A stretch of DNA of 64,000 nucleotides, taken from positions 704,001-768,000 of the forward strand of contig CAWECG010000003.1 of the NCBI GenBank assembly GCA_963807605.1, in the 5' to 3' direction. A program made the position numbers and the translations under genes. The first letter of the stretch is position 1. Each line of letters starts with the position of its first letter. Positions 62,295 through 64,000 of this stretch are shown in pieces. Source of the DNA: Candidatus Bathyarchaeota archaeon. GTDB lineage: Archaea > Thermoproteota > Bathyarchaeia > 40CM-2-53-6 > RBG-13-38-9. A model generated the notes under the pieces. It made no database searches. It saw nothing but the letters and a program-made list of their open reading frames with translations, and was not told where the DNA came from.

Positions 62295-62404
62295 GATAGT
62301 TCAAGATGACCTTTTTTGCTTCTAGACTCTTCTTGATGAGTTCTGCCCACATGTTCTTGTCGAGACTATTATAGATAGACCAGATGAGTAGGACAAAATT
62401 TTCA

Positions 62405-62848
62405 TCATTTACTGACACGCTCTTCTGATGATTTCAACAAAATCAGAGTCACAGGGTCTCCGACTCGCAAACCACTATGAACATACTCCTCCCTAGACAG
62501 AACCCAGTTAACCTCATTGGAACCTCCATTCCGTTGCTGATTAAAGGGATTACCCACAATCATTATCTCCATCAAGCCGGATATTCCTCCTTTGTTGATT
62601 GGAGAAATTATCGGTCTTTCTTGATCAGGATTTTCTTGGTCAAGTTCTATGATTACTAGAAACTTCAGATCGTTTTTTAATGTGACCACTTTGATTGTTC
62701 CAACCTTTTCTATTTGCGTTGTTCTTCTACCTCTTGTTCCATATCTTTCATATAGTCGAAGGCAGCCACCAAACTCTTCAGCTTTCTCCTCCTTCTGGCA
62801 GTACGCCCGCTTGAAATCTTTTGTCCACAGAAGAAGATTCTTCAGCAT
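62405..62848 (-). CDS. Hypothetical protein (start uncertain)
   Basis: ORF ending LSREEY...GLRVGDPVTL. Confidence 0.45.
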   Translation of the reverse strand: MLKNLLLWTKDFKRAYCQKEEKAEEFGGCLRLYERYGTRGRRTTQIEKVGTIKVVTLKNDLKFLVIIELDQENPDQERPIISPINKGGISGLMEIMIVGNPFNQQRNGGSNEVNWVLSREEYVHSGLRVGDPVTLILLKSSEERVSK

Positions 62849-63222
62849 CTGGCACGAATATCGCTACCGTTATTCCAAGTACCCCTGCTATAGCTGCTAA
62901 CGTCAGTTCCGTTTCTTGCTAGGTCTGCCGGTGACTTGCCCTCTAAGGCCTGGTGTGGTCTAACACGGTTGTAGTAGATGTTCTGCATCGAGATTATTGG
63001 CGTCTCTTCCTTCTTCAGTCCACGCATAACCTTCTCCCTATCCCTCTTCGTGCCGTGTAACCGTTCGATGATGTTGTTGTTCATGTCTCCTGCAAGTCTG
63101 ATGTGCCTAATATGTTGAGTTCTCGGAGTCTTCATGGTGTAGAATTCCTTGTTGAAAGCGTTCTTGTATGCGTATAAGCCGTCAGTTACAACCTTCTCTG
63201 GCTTATTAGCATTGGGCCCCAT
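62842..63222 (-). mobile_element. IS6-family-like DDE transposase C-terminal relic
   Basis: P...VTDGL.AY, NN.IER.H...R.R.K.MRG.K, YYN..RPH.AL; N-terminus missing. Confidence 0.75.
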
Positions 63223-63750
63223 CGGTTTTTTTGGAGGCTTGTTTGAGTAAACGGCCGAAGTATTCTCTCGAACACCACACCAGTGATAATAGCGGGGATC
63301 AGACAGGCCAATTACCCGAACAAACCTTAGAAAGCCTCATTCATTTGACCATAGACCGAATTGGACGTCCACGCTGCCGATTAAGTCCCATCCCGAAGAA
63401 ATCGTTTCAAGGCTTCATTATCATCAGCCTGCTTGCGAATTATCTCTGGCAGTTGCTTCTCGAATTCTTCTATCATCATTCTCACCATGCTTTCTAGAGA
63501 TCGAGGGTCTTTCTGCATTATGTTCTTCCGTGAATAACTGTGTACTGTCTTGAGGAAATAGGGATGAAGCTAGCTTCTCTCGACCGAATCTTCGCAGAAT
63601 AGTCCCAACTTTTCTGTGTAAGGAGGGTGGGAAGCCAAGACACCGTACTCTATCAGAACTCCGGAATTGGTTACATATTCGATGCGCCCCCGTCGCGCGC
63701 GCTTGTATGATCACACGACACAAAGATTCTGATAGGCAAGGATTTTCGCC

Positions 63751-63999
63751 TCAGACGACCGATAGCTTCCATGACCAAGGCGCACTGGTCTTGTCCAAAT
63801 ACAGAACGCGGTTTTCTTGCATCGCCTGCTCGATCAGCTGGTCGAAGACCTGTGCCTCAACTACTCCGCGCAAAAGCAGCTCATAGTCATTTACATCGGC
63901 GAATGGGTTTCTCCAATTCGGCAGGTTCTCTTTAATAAGTCGAAGAGCATGAGGATGGAAGGCTGCAGGATCGCCCGTCGTAATAAAATTTACAAGCCA
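63751..63999 (-). CDS. Hypothetical protein, 3' end (continues beyond window)
   Basis: Open frame WLVNFITTGDPAAFHPH...SWKLSVV*. Confidence 0.45.
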   Translation of the reverse strand, partial: WLVNFITTGDPAAFHPHALRLIKENLPNWRNPFADVNDYELLLRGVVEAQVFDQLIEQAMQENRVLYLDKTSAPWSWKLSVV

Positions 64000-64000
64000 G

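Larger units (their letters stand above)
58130..63703. repeat. Dispersed alternating-CG boundary motif, right cluster
   Basis: Copies at 58130, 59270, 60137, 60242, 61241, 61443, 63693. Confidence 0.85.

Noticed and set aside
62405-62848. Arcadin-1-like assignment
   Set aside because: Only a vague C-terminal resemblance; not supportable without a profile search
1-64000. Classical integron (IntI + attC)
   Set aside because: No tyrosine recombinase ORF. Boundaries are 8-14 bp palindromes rather than attC hairpins with RYYYAAC/GTTRRRY ends, and the genes face both directions.

Overview
Archaeal chromosomal window. A two-intron tRNA, XPB-Bax1, NurA-HerA, Hef and GAGGTG ribosome-binding sites suggest a TACK/Bathyarchaeia-like host (inference). 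It is a mosaic of about 50 unrelated single genes and small operons: a 4-subunit nicotinate-dehydrogenase-like molybdoenzyme, DNA-repair helicases/nucleases, transporters, redox enzymes, NfeD-stomatin, and many gene relics. The strongest unexplained signal is a short alternating CG palindrome (core GCGCGCGC, often TAGCGCGCGCTA or AACGCGCGCGTT, with CA/TG variants). It marks almost every gene or operon boundary at 1-42.5 kb and 58-64 kb and was not seen between genes inside operons. It also sits exactly at the breakpoints of truncated or internally deleted genes (36871, 19706, 18843), suggesting an undescribed cassette-shuffling or DNA-joining system that leaves CG linkers. The 43-58 kb segment is motif-poor and lies inside a ~118 bp direct repeat (43010 and 61542). 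It contains a candidate ~410 nt highly structured ncRNA with two tRNA-like T-arm/ACCA ends (46642-47054, minus strand).
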